The position numbers and the translations under genes are program-made. DNA of 64,000 bases from Caulobacteraceae bacterium. Lineage in GTDB: Bacteria > Pseudomonadota > Alphaproteobacteria > Caulobacterales > Caulobacteraceae. This document shows, in pieces, positions 53,894 to 64,000 of the stretch (positions are counted from its first letter, which is position 1; every line of letters starts with the position of its first letter). The stretch spans positions 1,904,237 to 1,968,236 of the forward strand of contig OZ260074.1 of NCBI GenBank assembly GCA_965284375.1, read 5' to 3'. The notes under the pieces are model-generated. The model made no database searches. It had not been told where the DNA came from and worked only from the letters and a program-made list of their open reading frames with translations.

Positions 53894-55321
53894 CTATCGC
53901 TCCGCGCGCGGCGCGTCGCTGCTTGAGGGGGAGCCGAGGTCTGACAGGGCCTTCGCAACCAGCGACGCCTTCGACCCGTTCGAACCCTTGACCATGACCA
54001 CATCGCCCGGCGCAACCAGCGCCTCGGCCTCGGCGGCCAGTTCGGCGGCGGTCTCGCGCCAAAGACCGCGGCGGTCCGGCGGCAGAATGTCGTGCAGCCG
54101 CTTCATTTCGGGGCCGGCCGTGTGGACGAGGTCCAGCCCGGCGACAGCGATGGCATCGGCCAGGCCTTCGTGCAGGCTGCGGGACTGGTCGCCCAGCTCC
54201 AGCATGTCGGTCAGGACCACGATGCGCCGCCCGCCGGCCGGAACCGGCCGGGCACCGAGGCTGCGGAAGCCCGCGGCCATCGACAGCGGATTGGCGTTAT
54301 AGCTCTCGTCGATCAGGGTGAAGCCACCGCCCGGTGCCGCCACGGTCCGGGTCTGACCCCGGCCGGCCAGCGGCTGGAAATCGGCCAGCGCCGACAGGCC
54401 GGTGTCGAGCGGGACGTCCAGCGCGTCCAGCATCAGCAGGACGCACAGGCTGTTCAGCCCCCAGTGGAAGCCGGACTGACCGAGGGTGAAATCGATCGTC
54501 TTGCCGAACAGCTCGGCCGTCACCCGCGCACCTTGCGGATTGGGCTGGAACTCGATCAGGCGGGCGTCGGCCCCGATGGCGGTTCCAAAGCTGACGCGAT
54601 GCGCGCCGGCCCTGCGCGCAGCGGCCTCCAGCAGCGCCGAATAGCCGGTGTCACCGTTCAGAACCGCGACGCCGTCGGGGGCCAGACCCTCGAAGATCGA
54701 CGCCTTCTCCCGGGCTACCCCGGCCTCGCCGTCGACGAAGGCCTCGATATGCACCGGGCCGATGGCCGTGACGCAGGCGGCGTGGGGCCGCACCATCTTC
54801 GACAGGGGCGCGATCTCGCCTGGCGCATTCATGCCGATCTCGAACACGGCGCGCCGGGTCGAGCGCGGCATCCGGGCCAGAGTCAGCGGCACGCCGATAT
54901 GGTTGTTGTAGCTCTTGATCGAGGCGTGGGCCGGACCCGCAAGATCGAGGCCCGCCTTGACGGCCTGGGTCACGCTGGTCTTGCCGACCGAGCCGGTGAC
55001 GGCCCCGCGCCGGACCTGCGAACTGCGATCGCGCGCGGCGACACCGAGGGCTTCCAGCGCGCGCAGGGTGTCGGCCGTGACGACGCAGGAGCCGCCTTCG
55101 ACCGCGTGTTCGGTGATCGCGCCCGTCGCGCCGGCGGCGAAGGCGGAGGCGGCGAATTCATGCCCGTCGCGCACGCCCTTCAGGGCCAGAAACAGGTCGC
55201 CCGGCACGATCTCGCGGCTGTTGTAGGTGATGCCGTCGGCCACAAACGCAGGCCCGGACAGGCGGCCACCCGTCGCGGCTTCAATTTCGGCGGAGGTCCA
55301 GAGGGGCTGGATGTCAGGCAT
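53894..55321 (-). CDS. murF: UDP-MurNAc-tripeptide:D-Ala-D-Ala ligase
   Basis: VTGSVGKTSV, SYNNHIGVPL, FEIGMN, IDESYNANP, DMLELG, KGSNG. Confidence 0.96.
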   Translation of the reverse strand: MPDIQPLWTSAEIEAATGGRLSGPAFVADGITYNSREIVPGDLFLALKGVRDGHEFAASAFAAGATGAITEHAVEGGSCVVTADTLRALEALGVAARDRSSQVRRGAVTGSVGKTSVTQAVKAGLDLAGPAHASIKSYNNHIGVPLTLARMPRSTRRAVFEIGMNAPGEIAPLSKMVRPHAACVTAIGPVHIEAFVDGEAGVAREKASIFEGLAPDGVAVLNGDTGYSALLEAAARRAGAHRVSFGTAIGADARLIEFQPNPQGARVTAELFGKTIDFTLGQSGFHWGLNSLCVLLMLDALDVPLDTGLSALADFQPLAGRGQTRTVAAPGGGFTLIDESYNANPLSMAAGFRSLGARPVPAGGRRIVVLTDMLELGDQSRSLHEGLADAIAVAGLDLVHTAGPEMKRLHDILPPDRRGLWRETAAELAAEAEALVAPGDVVMVKGSNGSKASLVAKALSDLGSPSSSDAPRAER

Positions 55322-56780
55322 GGAGTCGGAGGGCTTCAGCGGCAACGGTGGCGTCATCGAACGGATGGGTGACCCCGGCGATGATCTGTCCCTGCTCATG
55401 CCCTTTTCCGGCGATGACCACCACATCTCCGTCGCCCATCATCGCGATGGCCTGTTGAATGGCGGCGCGGCGGTCGCCGGTTTCCCGCGCCGTCGGGCAG
55501 CCTGCGCGGACGGCCTTGCGGATCGTGGCGGGGTCTTCCGAGCGCGGATTGTCATCGGTGACGATGGCGACGTCGGCCAGACGCCCGGCGATCTCGCCCA
55601 TCAGGGGCCGCTTGCCCTTGTCGCGATCCCCGCCGGCACCGAAGACGACGATCAGCCGGCCGGTCGCGTGCGGACGCAGGGCCTTGAGCACCGTCTCGAG
55701 GCCGTCAGGGGTGTGGGCGTAGTCGACATAGACCTCGCCGCGGCCGGATCCCTCGATCCTTTGCAGGCGGCCCTGGGCCCCCGTGATCTTCTCCAGCCCG
55801 CCCAGGACACGGTCGACGGTTTCGCCGGCGGCGATGCACAGACCGGCGGCGACCAGGGCGTTCGAGGCCTGGAAGGCCCCGGCCAGCGGCAGCAGCACCT
55901 CATACTGGGTCCCGCGCGCATCGATGGTCAGGCGCTGGCCTTCGGGCGTCGCCTGACGGGCCACCAGAGACAGGTCGCGGCCCCGTTCACCCACGCCCAT
56001 GACGTCGAGCCCCGACATGATCGAGGCCGCAGCGAAGCTGGACCAGGCGTCGGAGTCGGCGTTCAGCACGGCGGTCCGGCCGCGCGGCAACAGGGTCTCG
56101 AACAGGCGCAGCTTGGCGTCGCGATAGGCGTCCATGCTGCCGTGGTAGTCGAGGTGGTCCTGGGTCAGGTTGGTGAAGGCGGCCGCCTTGAGCGTCACGC
56201 CATCCAGCCGCCGCTGGTCAATGCCGTGCGACGAGGCCTCCAGCGCCAGATGGGTCACGCCAGCGGTGGCCAGATCGGCCAGGGTGCGGGCGGCGTCGGC
56301 GGCGTCGGGGCTGGTCAGGCCGGGGCCTGTCAACTCGCGGTTAACGTTACCCGTTTGTGCCAAAACCCCGAGGGTCCCCATGCTCGCGGCATGGAGGCCC
56401 AGAGAGGCCCAGATCTGGCGGCAGAAGGCAGCGACCGAGGTCTTGCCGTTGGTGCCGGTGACGGCGACGCAGGTGGCGGGCTGGCTGCCGTAGAAGCTGC
56501 GGGCGGCGATGGCATAGGCCCGGCGCACGTCGCCCGAGGTCACGAGCACCGGAGCCATGGCCGTATCGGTGTCGATCGGAGCGAGAACGGCGGCGGCCCC
56601 CCGCGACAGGGCCTGCGGAATGAACGCCCGTCCGTCGGCGGCGGTCCCCGGAAGCGCCACGAACAGCGACCCCGGCCCGACCTTGCGGCTGTCGGACGTC
56701 ACGCCGGTGATGACCGGATCCGAGGCCACGTCGCGACGCAGCAGCTCGGACAGTTTGATGCTGACCGGCACGGCGCTCAT
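55314..56780 (-). CDS. murE: UDP-MurNAc-dipeptide:mDAP ligase
   Basis: VTGTNGKTS, EASSHGIDQ, NLTQDHLDYH, VDYAHTPD, DDNPRSED, AGKGHE. Confidence 0.97.
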   Translation of the reverse strand: MSAVPVSIKLSELLRRDVASDPVITGVTSDSRKVGPGSLFVALPGTAADGRAFIPQALSRGAAAVLAPIDTDTAMAPVLVTSGDVRRAYAIAARSFYGSQPATCVAVTGTNGKTSVAAFCRQIWASLGLHAASMGTLGVLAQTGNVNRELTGPGLTSPDAADAARTLADLATAGVTHLALEASSHGIDQRRLDGVTLKAAAFTNLTQDHLDYHGSMDAYRDAKLRLFETLLPRGRTAVLNADSDAWSSFAAASIMSGLDVMGVGERGRDLSLVARQATPEGQRLTIDARGTQYEVLLPLAGAFQASNALVAAGLCIAAGETVDRVLGGLEKITGAQGRLQRIEGSGRGEVYVDYAHTPDGLETVLKALRPHATGRLIVVFGAGGDRDKGKRPLMGEIAGRLADVAIVTDDNPRSEDPATIRKAVRAGCPTARETGDRRAAIQQAIAMMGDGDVVVIAGKGHEQGQIIAGVTHPFDDATVAAEALRLHA

Positions 56781-58510
56781 CGACCGTCGCCTTCCTGGTC
56801 CTCGAAGGCGGGGATCCTGTCGCCGACCGCAGTGCGATAGGGGTCGGCGCGGCGCTGGATGTTCAGGAACGGCGCGATCCGGTCGGCGATGCGGCCCACG
56901 GCGGGTGCGGCGACGAAACCGCCGGTGCGCGGATAGGTCTGGGGCTCGTCGACCAGCACCAGAATCTGGTAGCGGCGCGCATTGACCGGACCGTCGGCCG
57001 GGAAGACGGCGGCGAAGGTGCCGACGGCATGGGCGGTCGAGTAGCGACCGTTGACCGACTTGTTGGCCGAGCCCGTCTTGCCGCCGACCCGCAGGCCCGG
57101 GGCCTCGGCCCGCCCGCCCGAGCCGCGCACCACATTGCGGCGCATCAGGTCCAGCATGGTCAGGGAGGTCGCCGGCGAGATTACCTGACGCGCCTGTACG
57201 TCGGGCCGCCCGCCCTTGCGCAGGGTCAGGGGGATATAGCGCCCGCCGTTGGTCAGGGCCTGCATGGCGGCCGCCATCTGCAGCGGGGTGATGGAGATGC
57301 CATAGCCGAACGACAGCGAGGCCAGGGTCGAGTCCGACCACTCGCGCGGAATGATCGGCATCTCGGAGCGGATTTCGAACGGGGCCCGAGACAGCAGGCC
57401 GAAGCGCTCGAAATAGTCGCGCATGACGCGGGGCCCCATCTCGGTCGACAGGCGCGAGGTGCCGATGTTGGACGAGTGGAGATAGACCTCCTCCAGCGTC
57501 AGCACCTTGTTGGTGGCGTGGAAGTCGGTGATGCGGCGGTTGCCGATCTGCAAAGCCTCGGTGGCGTCCAGCAGGGTGTTCATATCGGCCCGGCCGGTGT
57601 CGATGGCGGCGGCGATGGTGAAGGTCTTGAACACCGAACCCATTTCAAAGGTCGCGGCGGTGGCCAGATTGCGGGAGTTGCTGGACGGCCAGCTGGCCAT
57701 GCCCAGGACCTCGCCGGTCTGAACGTCGGTGATGATCCCCACCGCCCCCTTGGCCTGGGTCTCGGCGGCGGCAGCGGCGAGTTCGTTCTCGAGAATGCCC
57801 TGGATGCGCAGGTCGATGGAGATCTGGAAGCTTTCGCCGCGCGCGCCGGCGGCGCGGATTTCGTCGTTGAAGGCGCTTTCAGCGGCGGACAGGCCGACCC
57901 CGCCGGTGTCGACATTGCCGACGACGTGACGCGCCGACTCGCCCAGCGGATAGACGCGCACGTCCTCGGGCTCGAAGCCGATCCCGCCCAGCGCGAGCGC
58001 GTGGACCGCGACCTTCTCCTGCGGCGTCAGGCGGTTGATCACCAGCAGGCGACGGTCTCCGCCGAGGACCTTGTTCAGCTTGGCCATCGAAACGCGCGGC
58101 AGGGCGCGCTTGATCTGGACGGCCGCCGCCTTGCGGTCCCAGACCTCGGCCGGGTCGATATAGAGGCCATAGTGGGTGATGTTGGTGGCCAGCAGGGCCC
58201 CGTTCCGGTCGATCAGGTCGGCGCGGACCACTGCATTGGGATGGATCGTCGAGCCGACACCGCCCTTGTCGGTCATCAGCGCGGCATGGGCGGCCCCCAG
58301 GGCCAGGCAGCAGAAGACCGCGGAAAACAGCGACAGGATGACGAAGATGCGGACCCGGGTGTCTTCCTCGGGCCGGGCGTCGGCGTGGGCGCGGCCGAAG
58401 GAATGCTCGACCCACCACATGGCCTCGGCCAGCCAGCGCCAGGACGGCATGTAGCGACGGACGCCATAGGAGACCGGGCGGTCCGACGCGAAGGGATCGT
58501 GCGCGCTCAC
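56777..58510 (-). CDS. ftsI: Penicillin-binding protein 3
   Basis: EMGSVFKTF (SxxK), HSSNIG (SxN), GGKTGSA (KTG); position in dcw. Confidence 0.95.
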   Translation of the reverse strand: MSAHDPFASDRPVSYGVRRYMPSWRWLAEAMWWVEHSFGRAHADARPEEDTRVRIFVILSLFSAVFCCLALGAAHAALMTDKGGVGSTIHPNAVVRADLIDRNGALLATNITHYGLYIDPAEVWDRKAAAVQIKRALPRVSMAKLNKVLGGDRRLLVINRLTPQEKVAVHALALGGIGFEPEDVRVYPLGESARHVVGNVDTGGVGLSAAESAFNDEIRAAGARGESFQISIDLRIQGILENELAAAAAETQAKGAVGIITDVQTGEVLGMASWPSSNSRNLATAATFEMGSVFKTFTIAAAIDTGRADMNTLLDATEALQIGNRRITDFHATNKVLTLEEVYLHSSNIGTSRLSTEMGPRVMRDYFERFGLLSRAPFEIRSEMPIIPREWSDSTLASLSFGYGISITPLQMAAAMQALTNGGRYIPLTLRKGGRPDVQARQVISPATSLTMLDLMRRNVVRGSGGRAEAPGLRVGGKTGSANKSVNGRYSTAHAVGTFAAVFPADGPVNARRYQILVLVDEPQTYPRTGGFVAAPAVGRIADRIAPFLNIQRRADPYRTAVGDRIPAFEDQEGDGR

Positions 58511-58926
58511 CGGACGGGCTCCGGAGCCGGAGCGGCGTCTGGCGCAGCCACCCCGGAGTTCGCAGCGGCGACCGGTGCCGGCACCGGAGGGGCGGGTACG
58601 GCCGTCAGGTTCGACAGGTTCTCCTCGGTCGCCTGACGATGCACATCGACCGGGCCCAGCCCCGCGCCGCGCGACAGGGATTCAAGCCGCCCGGGCTGTT
58701 CCAGACGGGCGACCTCGGCCCGCAGCAGGCGGACGCGCTGGCCGTTATCCGTGATCTGGCGCTCCAGATCGGCAATGCGGGCGCTCTCGCGGGCGGCGGC
58801 GGCCTTGGCCAGATAGACCGAGAAGACCATGGCCGCGACCAGCATGACCCCGATGATCTCGACCCAGCGGACGCCACGGATCTTCCAGGCGTAGAGACGG
58901 TTCAGGGTGGCGACGGCCGGGCTCAT
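58507..58926 (-). CDS. ftsL: Cell division protein FtsL
   Basis: One TM segment plus coiled coil ([14 protein letters not shown]); between rsmH and ftsI. Confidence 0.85.
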   Translation of the reverse strand: MSPAVATLNRLYAWKIRGVRWVEIIGVMLVAAMVFSVYLAKAAAARESARIADLERQITDNGQRVRLLRAEVARLEQPGRLESLSRGAGLGPVDVHRQATEENLSNLTAVPAPPVPAPVAAANSGVAAPDAAPAPEPVR

Positions 58927-59876
58927 GCGGCGATCCTCCCCCAGGGAGCGGCATCGGTGCGCACGGCGGCGCGCAGCTTGGCGGACCGGGCGCGAGGATT
59001 GGACCCCAGTTCAGCCTGACCGGCCTCCCGCGCGCCCTTGAACGCCAGGGTGAAGCTGGGCTTGCGGGTCTCGATCGCGACGGGGGCGTGGCGCGAGCCG
59101 CCGGGTGCATTGCCTGTGCGCTCGGTCAGGAACGCCTTGACGATGCGGTCTTCCAGCGAATGGAAGGTGACCACGACCATGCGTCCGCCGGGTGCCAGCG
59201 TCGCTTCGGCCGCCTCGAGCCCGGCGCGCAGTTCGCCCAGCTCGTCGTTGACGGCGATGCGCAGGGCCTGAAACACGCGGGTCGCCGGATGGATGGCCGC
59301 GCCGCGCCGTCCGCCGAGCGCTTTTTCGACCACGGCGGCCAGATCCAGCGTCCGTTCGAACGGCTTTTCCACGCGGCGGCGCAGGATGGCGGTGGCGACC
59401 CGGCCCGACTGGCGCTCGTCGCCGTACAGTTTGAAGATATGGGCCATCGGCCCGTGGTCCCAGGTGTTGACGATGTCGGCGGCGGTCTCGCCCTCGTCGC
59501 TCATCCGCATGTCCAGCGGCCCGTCGCGCATGAAGGAGAAGCCGCGCTCGGCCTGATCCAGCTGCATGGACGACACGCCGATGTCGAAGACCACGCCGTC
59601 CAGCCTGGCCTCGCCCGACTGTGCGAAGGCGTCGGCCAGACCCGAGAAGGCCGTGCGGATCAGCTGGAACCGGCCAGGGTAGTCGTTGGCCACCGCTTCG
59701 GCGTGGGGCTGGACCGTCGGATCGCGATCGAGGCCGATCACCGTGGCCCCGGTCGCCAGAATGGCGCGCGAATAGCCCCCGGCTCCGAAAGTGGCGTCGA
59801 TGATCACATCCCCGGCCCGGGGTGCGAGCGCCTCGATCACTTCATCGAGCAGGACGGGGGCGTGGGGCGCGCTCAT
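58923..59876 (-). CDS. rsmH: 16S rRNA C1402 N4-methyltransferase RsmH
   Basis: [54 protein letters not shown]. Confidence 0.98.
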   Translation of the reverse strand: MSAPHAPVLLDEVIEALAPRAGDVIIDATFGAGGYSRAILATGATVIGLDRDPTVQPHAEAVANDYPGRFQLIRTAFSGLADAFAQSGEARLDGVVFDIGVSSMQLDQAERGFSFMRDGPLDMRMSDEGETAADIVNTWDHGPMAHIFKLYGDERQSGRVATAILRRRVEKPFERTLDLAAVVEKALGGRRGAAIHPATRVFQALRIAVNDELGELRAGLEAAEATLAPGGRMVVVTFHSLEDRIVKAFLTERTGNAPGGSRHAPVAIETRKPSFTLAFKGAREAGQAELGSNPRARSAKLRAAVRTDAAPWGRIAA

Positions 59877-60322
59877 GCGCCCTGCCCGTTCGCATCATCA
59901 CCCAGCATCACCTGACGGGCCAGGGCGCGGCGGGCGTCCCGGCGAGCGTTCCAGCGTCCGCGGTCCCAGATCTGGAAACGGGGGCCCAGGCCGACGATGA
60001 CCACGTCCTCGCCCAGACCGGCGTCCTGACACAGGCTTTCCGGCAGGGTGATGCGGCCGCCGCCGTCATACGAGAGCGGGCGCTGGCCGGCGTAGAAGGT
60101 TTCCTCGAGTGCAGTGCGGCGGTCGCTGCCGAACGGCAGGGCCTCGATGCGGGTGACGTATTCGGCCATCAGCTTGTCGCCGCCGGCTTCCAGGCAATCG
60201 GACGCCATGGAGAAGAAGCAGAAGACGCCGTGCTCGGCGCCGTTGTCGGCGGTGCGGAACTCCTGCGGAATCAGCAGGCGTCGCTTGCCGTCCAATTGTT
60301 TCTCGTAGGTCGAGAGAAACAC
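59873..60322 (-). CDS. mraZ: Transcriptional regulator MraZ
   Basis: [37 protein letters not shown]. Probable GTG start. Confidence 0.95.
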   Translation of the reverse strand: MFLSTYEKQLDGKRRLLIPQEFRTADNGAEHGVFCFFSMASDCLEAGGDKLMAEYVTRIEALPFGSDRRTALEETFYAGQRPLSYDGGGRITLPESLCQDAGLGEDVVIVGLGPRFQIWDRGRWNARRDARRALARQVMLGDDANGQGA

Positions 60323-60408
60323 GCCCTGCCCCAAACTCGGATCTGACGATCCGCCCCTCTGATCCTGTCAACGCCACGCGGCGGCCACCCACCCCAACGC
60401 ACTGTCAT

Positions 60409-60443
60409 TGGGATAGCATGGGATGAAATGGGTCTCAATGGGA
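60409..60443. promoter_or_regulatory. MraZ-binding dcw boxes
   Basis: TGGGA/TGGGA/TGGGT/TGGGA at 60409, 60419, 60429 and 60439: an exact 10-nt period upstream of mraZ. Confidence 0.85.
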
Positions 60444-60494
60444 TTAGTTGACGGAAGTTAACCTCAATTGCGGCACGAAACCGTGCAACGCTCA

Positions 60495-60509
60495 GAACAT
60501 ACAGCGAAC
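60495..60509. promoter_or_regulatory. Candidate LexA box upstream of mraZ
   Basis: Perfect GAAC-ATACAGC-GAAC. Confidence 0.5.
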
Positions 60510-60805
60510 AACCCAAGTATAGACAGGCTGTGGACTGATCCTGCGCCGCATTCCGGGCCAAGAGGTTAACCGCATAGCGTCGATCTTCTGCCCCGTAGAG
60601 GGAGGTCGCGCGGCGCACCTTCTCGCCGTGACGGACGCCGGCGGGGCCCGGTGGATCGCCAATCCCCTCGCGCCGAGTCACCCCCTCCGTCTCGCCGACT
60701 GTCGCCGTCGAGCCACCTCCCCATTCGCGACGCTCATGGGAAGGAGATGTCGGGCCTCAAGCAGTTCGCGACCGCGTCGCGAGCGGTAGGCCCCCAAAAG
60801 TGAAA

Positions 60806-61181
60806 TGTCAGACGGCCTGTAAGCCGGGTTCTGTTCCGTCCGAAGACGGCGACGATCATTCCTCTGGACCGCCCGTTGCCGGACGGTTCTCGCGACCTAC
60901 CCGGACGCCTCGGGCGATGAACCCTGCGAGCGAACCCGCGCGACGTCCCTATTCGGTCTTGCTCCAGGCGGGGCTTGCCATGCCGTCCCTGTTGCCAGGC
61001 ACGCGGTGGGCTCTTACCCCACCCTTTCACCCTTCCCTGCCCCGAGGGGCAGGCGGTTTGCTTTCTGTGGCGCTATCCCTCGGGTCGCCCCGGGCGGGAG
61101 TTACCCGCCGCCTTTTCACCGTGGAGCCCGGACTTTCCTCGACAAGGGCAAGCCCCCGCCGCGACCGCCCGGCCGTCTGAC
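60806..61181 (-). ncRNA. rnpB: RNase P RNA, class A
   Basis: Minus strand has GAGGAAAGTCCGGGCTCC and CAGAACCCGGCTTACAG; terminal P1 helix gtcagacggcc / ggccgtctgac. Confidence 0.97.
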
Positions 61182-61221
61182 GGGGGCTAGGTGGGCTTTT
61201 CGGCCGGCGGCGTCAACGTTT

Positions 61222-61244
61222 ACCCTCCCCTTCGTGGGGAGGGT
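61222..61244. repeat. Short palindrome (REP/CIR-like hairpin or terminator)
   Basis: accctcccc-ttcgt-ggggagggt, just after the amidase stop. Confidence 0.6.
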
Positions 61245-61250
61245 GAAGGC

Positions 61251-62012
61251 TCATTGCAGGACGCCCGTGACACTCTCGGCCGTCGCCAGTTGCAGCACAC
61301 CCATCAGCGTCGCCCGCGTCTCGCCGTCGGCGACGCCATCGACCCGCGACGGACGCCAGTGGCGCTGGAAGGCTTCAACGGTCAGCCGGGTGGCCTCGTC
61401 ATAGTCGCCGCCCGGCGTCAGGGCGTAGCCCAGCCGGTGCAGGCCAGCGCGCAGGACGACGACGCCCAGTCCCTCGTCTCCGACATTCAGCGGCACACCC
61501 AGCGCCGCGATGCGTTCGGCCGCCGGTTCGAACCACAGGCCGTGGCCAAGCGAGGCCAGTCGCTTCCAGGGGAAGCGTTCGCCGGGATCCTGTTTGCGCT
61601 CGGGCGCGAGATCGGAGTGGGCGATGATGCGGGCGTCGGGGATGGTCCAGCGGGTACGGATGTCGCTGACGAGACTGATCACCGCGTCGATCTGAACCTC
61701 GGGAAAGTCGCGATAGCCGAACTCATGGCCCGGATTGACGATCTCGATGCCGATGGAGGCGGCGTTGCAGTCGGTCTCGCCCTGCCAGGCACCCTTGCCC
61801 GCATGCCAGGCGCGTCGCTCTTCCGCGACCAGACGCAGGATCGCGCCGTCCTCGTCGACGACATAGTGGGCGGACACCTTCGCCTCGGGATCCCGCAGGC
61901 GGGCGACGGCGTCGTCCGCCGTCTTCATGCCGGTGTAGTGCAGCACCAGCATGTCGGGCGGGCCACGGCGGGCATCGAAATTGGGGGAAGGCGCGTCCTT
62001 GACGGTCAGCAC
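61251..62012 (-). CDS. N-acetylmuramoyl-L-alanine amidase (AmpD/AmiD-like) with C-terminal PG-binding domain
   Basis: LVLHYTGM, VSAHYVV, RAWHAG, SIGIEIVN, HSDLAPERKQDPG, AFQRHWRP. Confidence 0.93.
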   Translation of the reverse strand: MLTVKDAPSPNFDARRGPPDMLVLHYTGMKTADDAVARLRDPEAKVSAHYVVDEDGAILRLVAEERRAWHAGKGAWQGETDCNAASIGIEIVNPGHEFGYRDFPEVQIDAVISLVSDIRTRWTIPDARIIAHSDLAPERKQDPGERFPWKRLASLGHGLWFEPAAERIAALGVPLNVGDEGLGVVVLRAGLHRLGYALTPGGDYDEATRLTVEAFQRHWRPSRVDGVADGETRATLMGVLQLATAESVTGVLQ

Positions 62013-62019
62013 GGTGCGC

Positions 62020-62337
62020 TTACCGGCCCGGCCGCTCCCAGCCGTAGGCGACCCAGGCGCCGTCGACCTTGCGGGCCTCGATCACGTCATCGGTGCGGCG
62101 GGCGCGGACGGTGACCTTGCGGCGGGCGCCCATGGCCAGGCCGGCGAAGAAGACCAGCACGGCGGCGAACAGGGCGATGACAGCCACCGCGGCGGCGGTG
62201 AACACCGCCAGTACCGCACCGACGGCCATGGCGACCAAAGTCGCGACCAGACCACCGAGCCAAAGGACCGACGCCAGAAGGCCGTTCGTCGGACGACGGC
62301 TGCCGGGACCAAAGATCAGACGGTCGGACTGGGTCAT
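62020..62337 (-). CDS. Small membrane protein
   Basis: Long hydrophobic stretch, then DDVIEARKVDGAWVAYGW. Confidence 0.75.
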   Translation of the reverse strand: MTQSDRLIFGPGSRRPTNGLLASVLWLGGLVATLVAMAVGAVLAVFTAAAVAVIALFAAVLVFFAGLAMGARRKVTVRARRTDDVIEARKVDGAWVAYGWERPGR

Positions 62338-62442
62338 GACTTCACCTTCACAGACGCTGTGAACAACGCCGAACCCTCAATGTCGGTGCATAGGCATGAA
62401 CGGTCAATGACCGGCGCTTCACAGGCGAGTGTTCCGAGGGGG

Positions 62443-64000
62443 CTACCAGGGCTGATCCGCCAGCACGGACGCGCCCGAGGCCCGGGCGCGGTCGGCCTGG
62501 ATGCGACGAACGGTCGCCTCGGCGGCCGGGTCGTTCATGACGCCGCCGATGCCGATCAGGACCTGCGCGGCCTCGCCCGAGACACCAAAGGCCTGGGACA
62601 GGGCCTCGAACGGCGATTCCGGCGTCGGATAGCGTTTGAAGCGCACGGACTCATCCGCCGGGATCCGGGCCAGTTCGCGCGCCTTGGCGATCGCCTCCTC
62701 CATACCGCCCAGCTGATCCACCAGGCCGATGGTCTTGGCCTGGGCCCCGGTCCAGACACGGCCGCGGGCGATCTCGCGCACCCGGGCGGGCGGCAGACGG
62801 CGACCGGCCGCGACCCGGGCGATGAACTCGTCATAGGTCCGGTCGATCTGGGCCGCGAAGGCCGCGCGCTGCGCCGGCGTGAAGGACTGCGAGGGCGAGA
62901 AGGCACTGGCATAGTCGCCGCCGACGGTCAGATTGCGCATGTCGACGCCGAACCGGCCCAGCGCCTCGGCCACCACGAATTTGCCGCCGAACACGCCGAT
63001 CGAGCCGGTCAGGGTCGAGGGCTGGGCCACGATCCAGTTCGCTTCCGAGCTGATCCAGTAGCCGCCCGACGCGGCATAGTCGCCCATCGACACGACCACC
63101 GGCTTGCCGGCCGCCTTGGCGGCGCGCACGGCGGCCAAAATCTGTTCCGACGCCTCGGGCGAGCCGCCGGGCGAGGAGACACGGAAGACGATGGCCTTGA
63201 CCGACTTGTCCTCGATGGCGTCGTAGATGGCCTCGGCCATATCGTCCGACATGATCGACGCGCCGCCACCGAACGGTGAACCGCCGCCGGTCCCCGTATT
63301 GATCGCACCCTCGCCACCGATGATGGCGATGGCGTTGCGGCCGGATCCAGCGCGCTCGCCCTTCGACGCGGCATAATCCGCGAACTCCACGATCTCGGCA
63401 TTGCGGCCCGCGCGGCGTTTGGCTTCGTTCTGGGCGTCTTCCACCTGACCGATCTTGTCGATCAGCCGCCGCTGGCGTGCCTCGGCCGACGAGTAAGGTC
63501 CAGCCTCAATGGTCGTGCGCAAGGCCCGCGGCGTCAGTTTGCGGTCCTGGGCCGCATTGGCGAGGGCCGAGGTGTAGATCGAGGTCATCCAGGCCGTCAT
63601 CGCCTCGCGGTGAGCCGGGGTGTAGTCGCTCTCGGTATATTCATTGACGGCGTTCTTGTACTCGTAGCGCTGCTCGAACTGCGGCGTGAGGCCGTATTTG
63701 GAGAAGGCCCGGCCGAGGAAGACGCCGTCGGCCGAGAAGCCCGCCAGCTGGAAGGCGGCGGTGTTCTGCATCCACAGTTCGGAGGCCGAGGCACCGATCA
63801 TATAGCTGGAGACCGCCGTGCCGACGGGCTGGAAGCCCTGGCTGTGGGCGATGACGACCTTGCCCGAGCGGCGGAAGCGACGGACCGCCTGGCGAATCTC
63901 GTCGGCCGCGGCGGGGGTGATGCCGCCTTCCGGCAGGCGGATAAGCAGCGCCTTGACGCGGTTGTCGGTCTCGGCCTGGGCCAGGGTGTCGACGATCTGC
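62443..64000 (-). CDS. sppA: Signal peptide peptidase SppA, 5' end outside the window
   Basis: VFRVSSPGGS, VVSMGDYAASGGYWIS, TLTGSIGV, GRVWTGAQA; frame remains open to the window edge. Confidence 0.95.
   Translation of the reverse strand, partial: QIVDTLAQAETDNRVKALLIRLPEGGITPAAADEIRQAVRRFRRSGKVVIAHSQGFQPVGTAVSSYMIGASASELWMQNTAAFQLAGFSADGVFLGRAFSKYGLTPQFEQRYEYKNAVNEYTESDYTPAHREAMTAWMTSIYTSALANAAQDRKLTPRALRTTIEAGPYSSAEARQRRLIDKIGQVEDAQNEAKRRAGRNAEIVEFADYAASKGERAGSGRNAIAIIGGEGAINTGTGGGSPFGGGASIMSDDMAEAIYDAIEDKSVKAIVFRVSSPGGSPEASEQILAAVRAAKAAGKPVVVSMGDYAASGGYWISSEANWIVAQPSTLTGSIGVFGGKFVVAEALGRFGVDMRNLTVGGDYASAFSPSQSFTPAQRAAFAAQIDRTYDEFIARVAAGRRLPPARVREIARGRVWTGAQAKTIGLVDQLGGMEEAIAKARELARIPADESVRFKRYPTPESPFEALSQAFGVSGEAAQVLIGIGGVMNDPAAEATVRRIQADRARASGASVLADQPW

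Noticed and set aside
60271-60681. 136-aa ORF upstream of mraZ
   Set aside because: It runs through the promoter boxes, overlaps mraZ and has no recognisable features.

Overview
GC-rich alphaproteobacterial chromosome segment, most likely Caulobacteraceae (Brevundimonas-like), judged from ccrM with a CtrA box, the ccrM-mutY-DUF721-dsbA-dsbA-smc order and the dcw genes. The core backbone runs efp(3' end)-suhB, recN-bamD, prs, two paralogous lipoproteins, rplY-pth-PCuAC-ychF, a porin and ppdK. After an island it continues with ccrM, a GT4/glucosidase pair, mutY, DUF721, two DsbA genes, smc, half of the dcw cluster (mraZ to murG), rnpB, an amidase and sppA. The main finding is a ~20.4 kb accessory island (15632-36030) between ppdK and ccrM. 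It is bounded by the two arms of a REP-like inverted repeat, and an intact doublet of the same element sits in frame inside murD. The island is divided by directly oriented copies of a 49-bp bipartite site made of two tandem 24-bp GTCCGCT-N10-AGCGGAC units. These sites separate a 13.7 kb copper/heavy-metal module (copC/copD, DUF305, czcCBA, nreB) and six one- or two-gene cassettes. The layout resembles an integron or pdif array, but the sites are not attC or dif and I see no recombinase in the window. All calls come from reading the sequence and the ORF track; no database searches were run.
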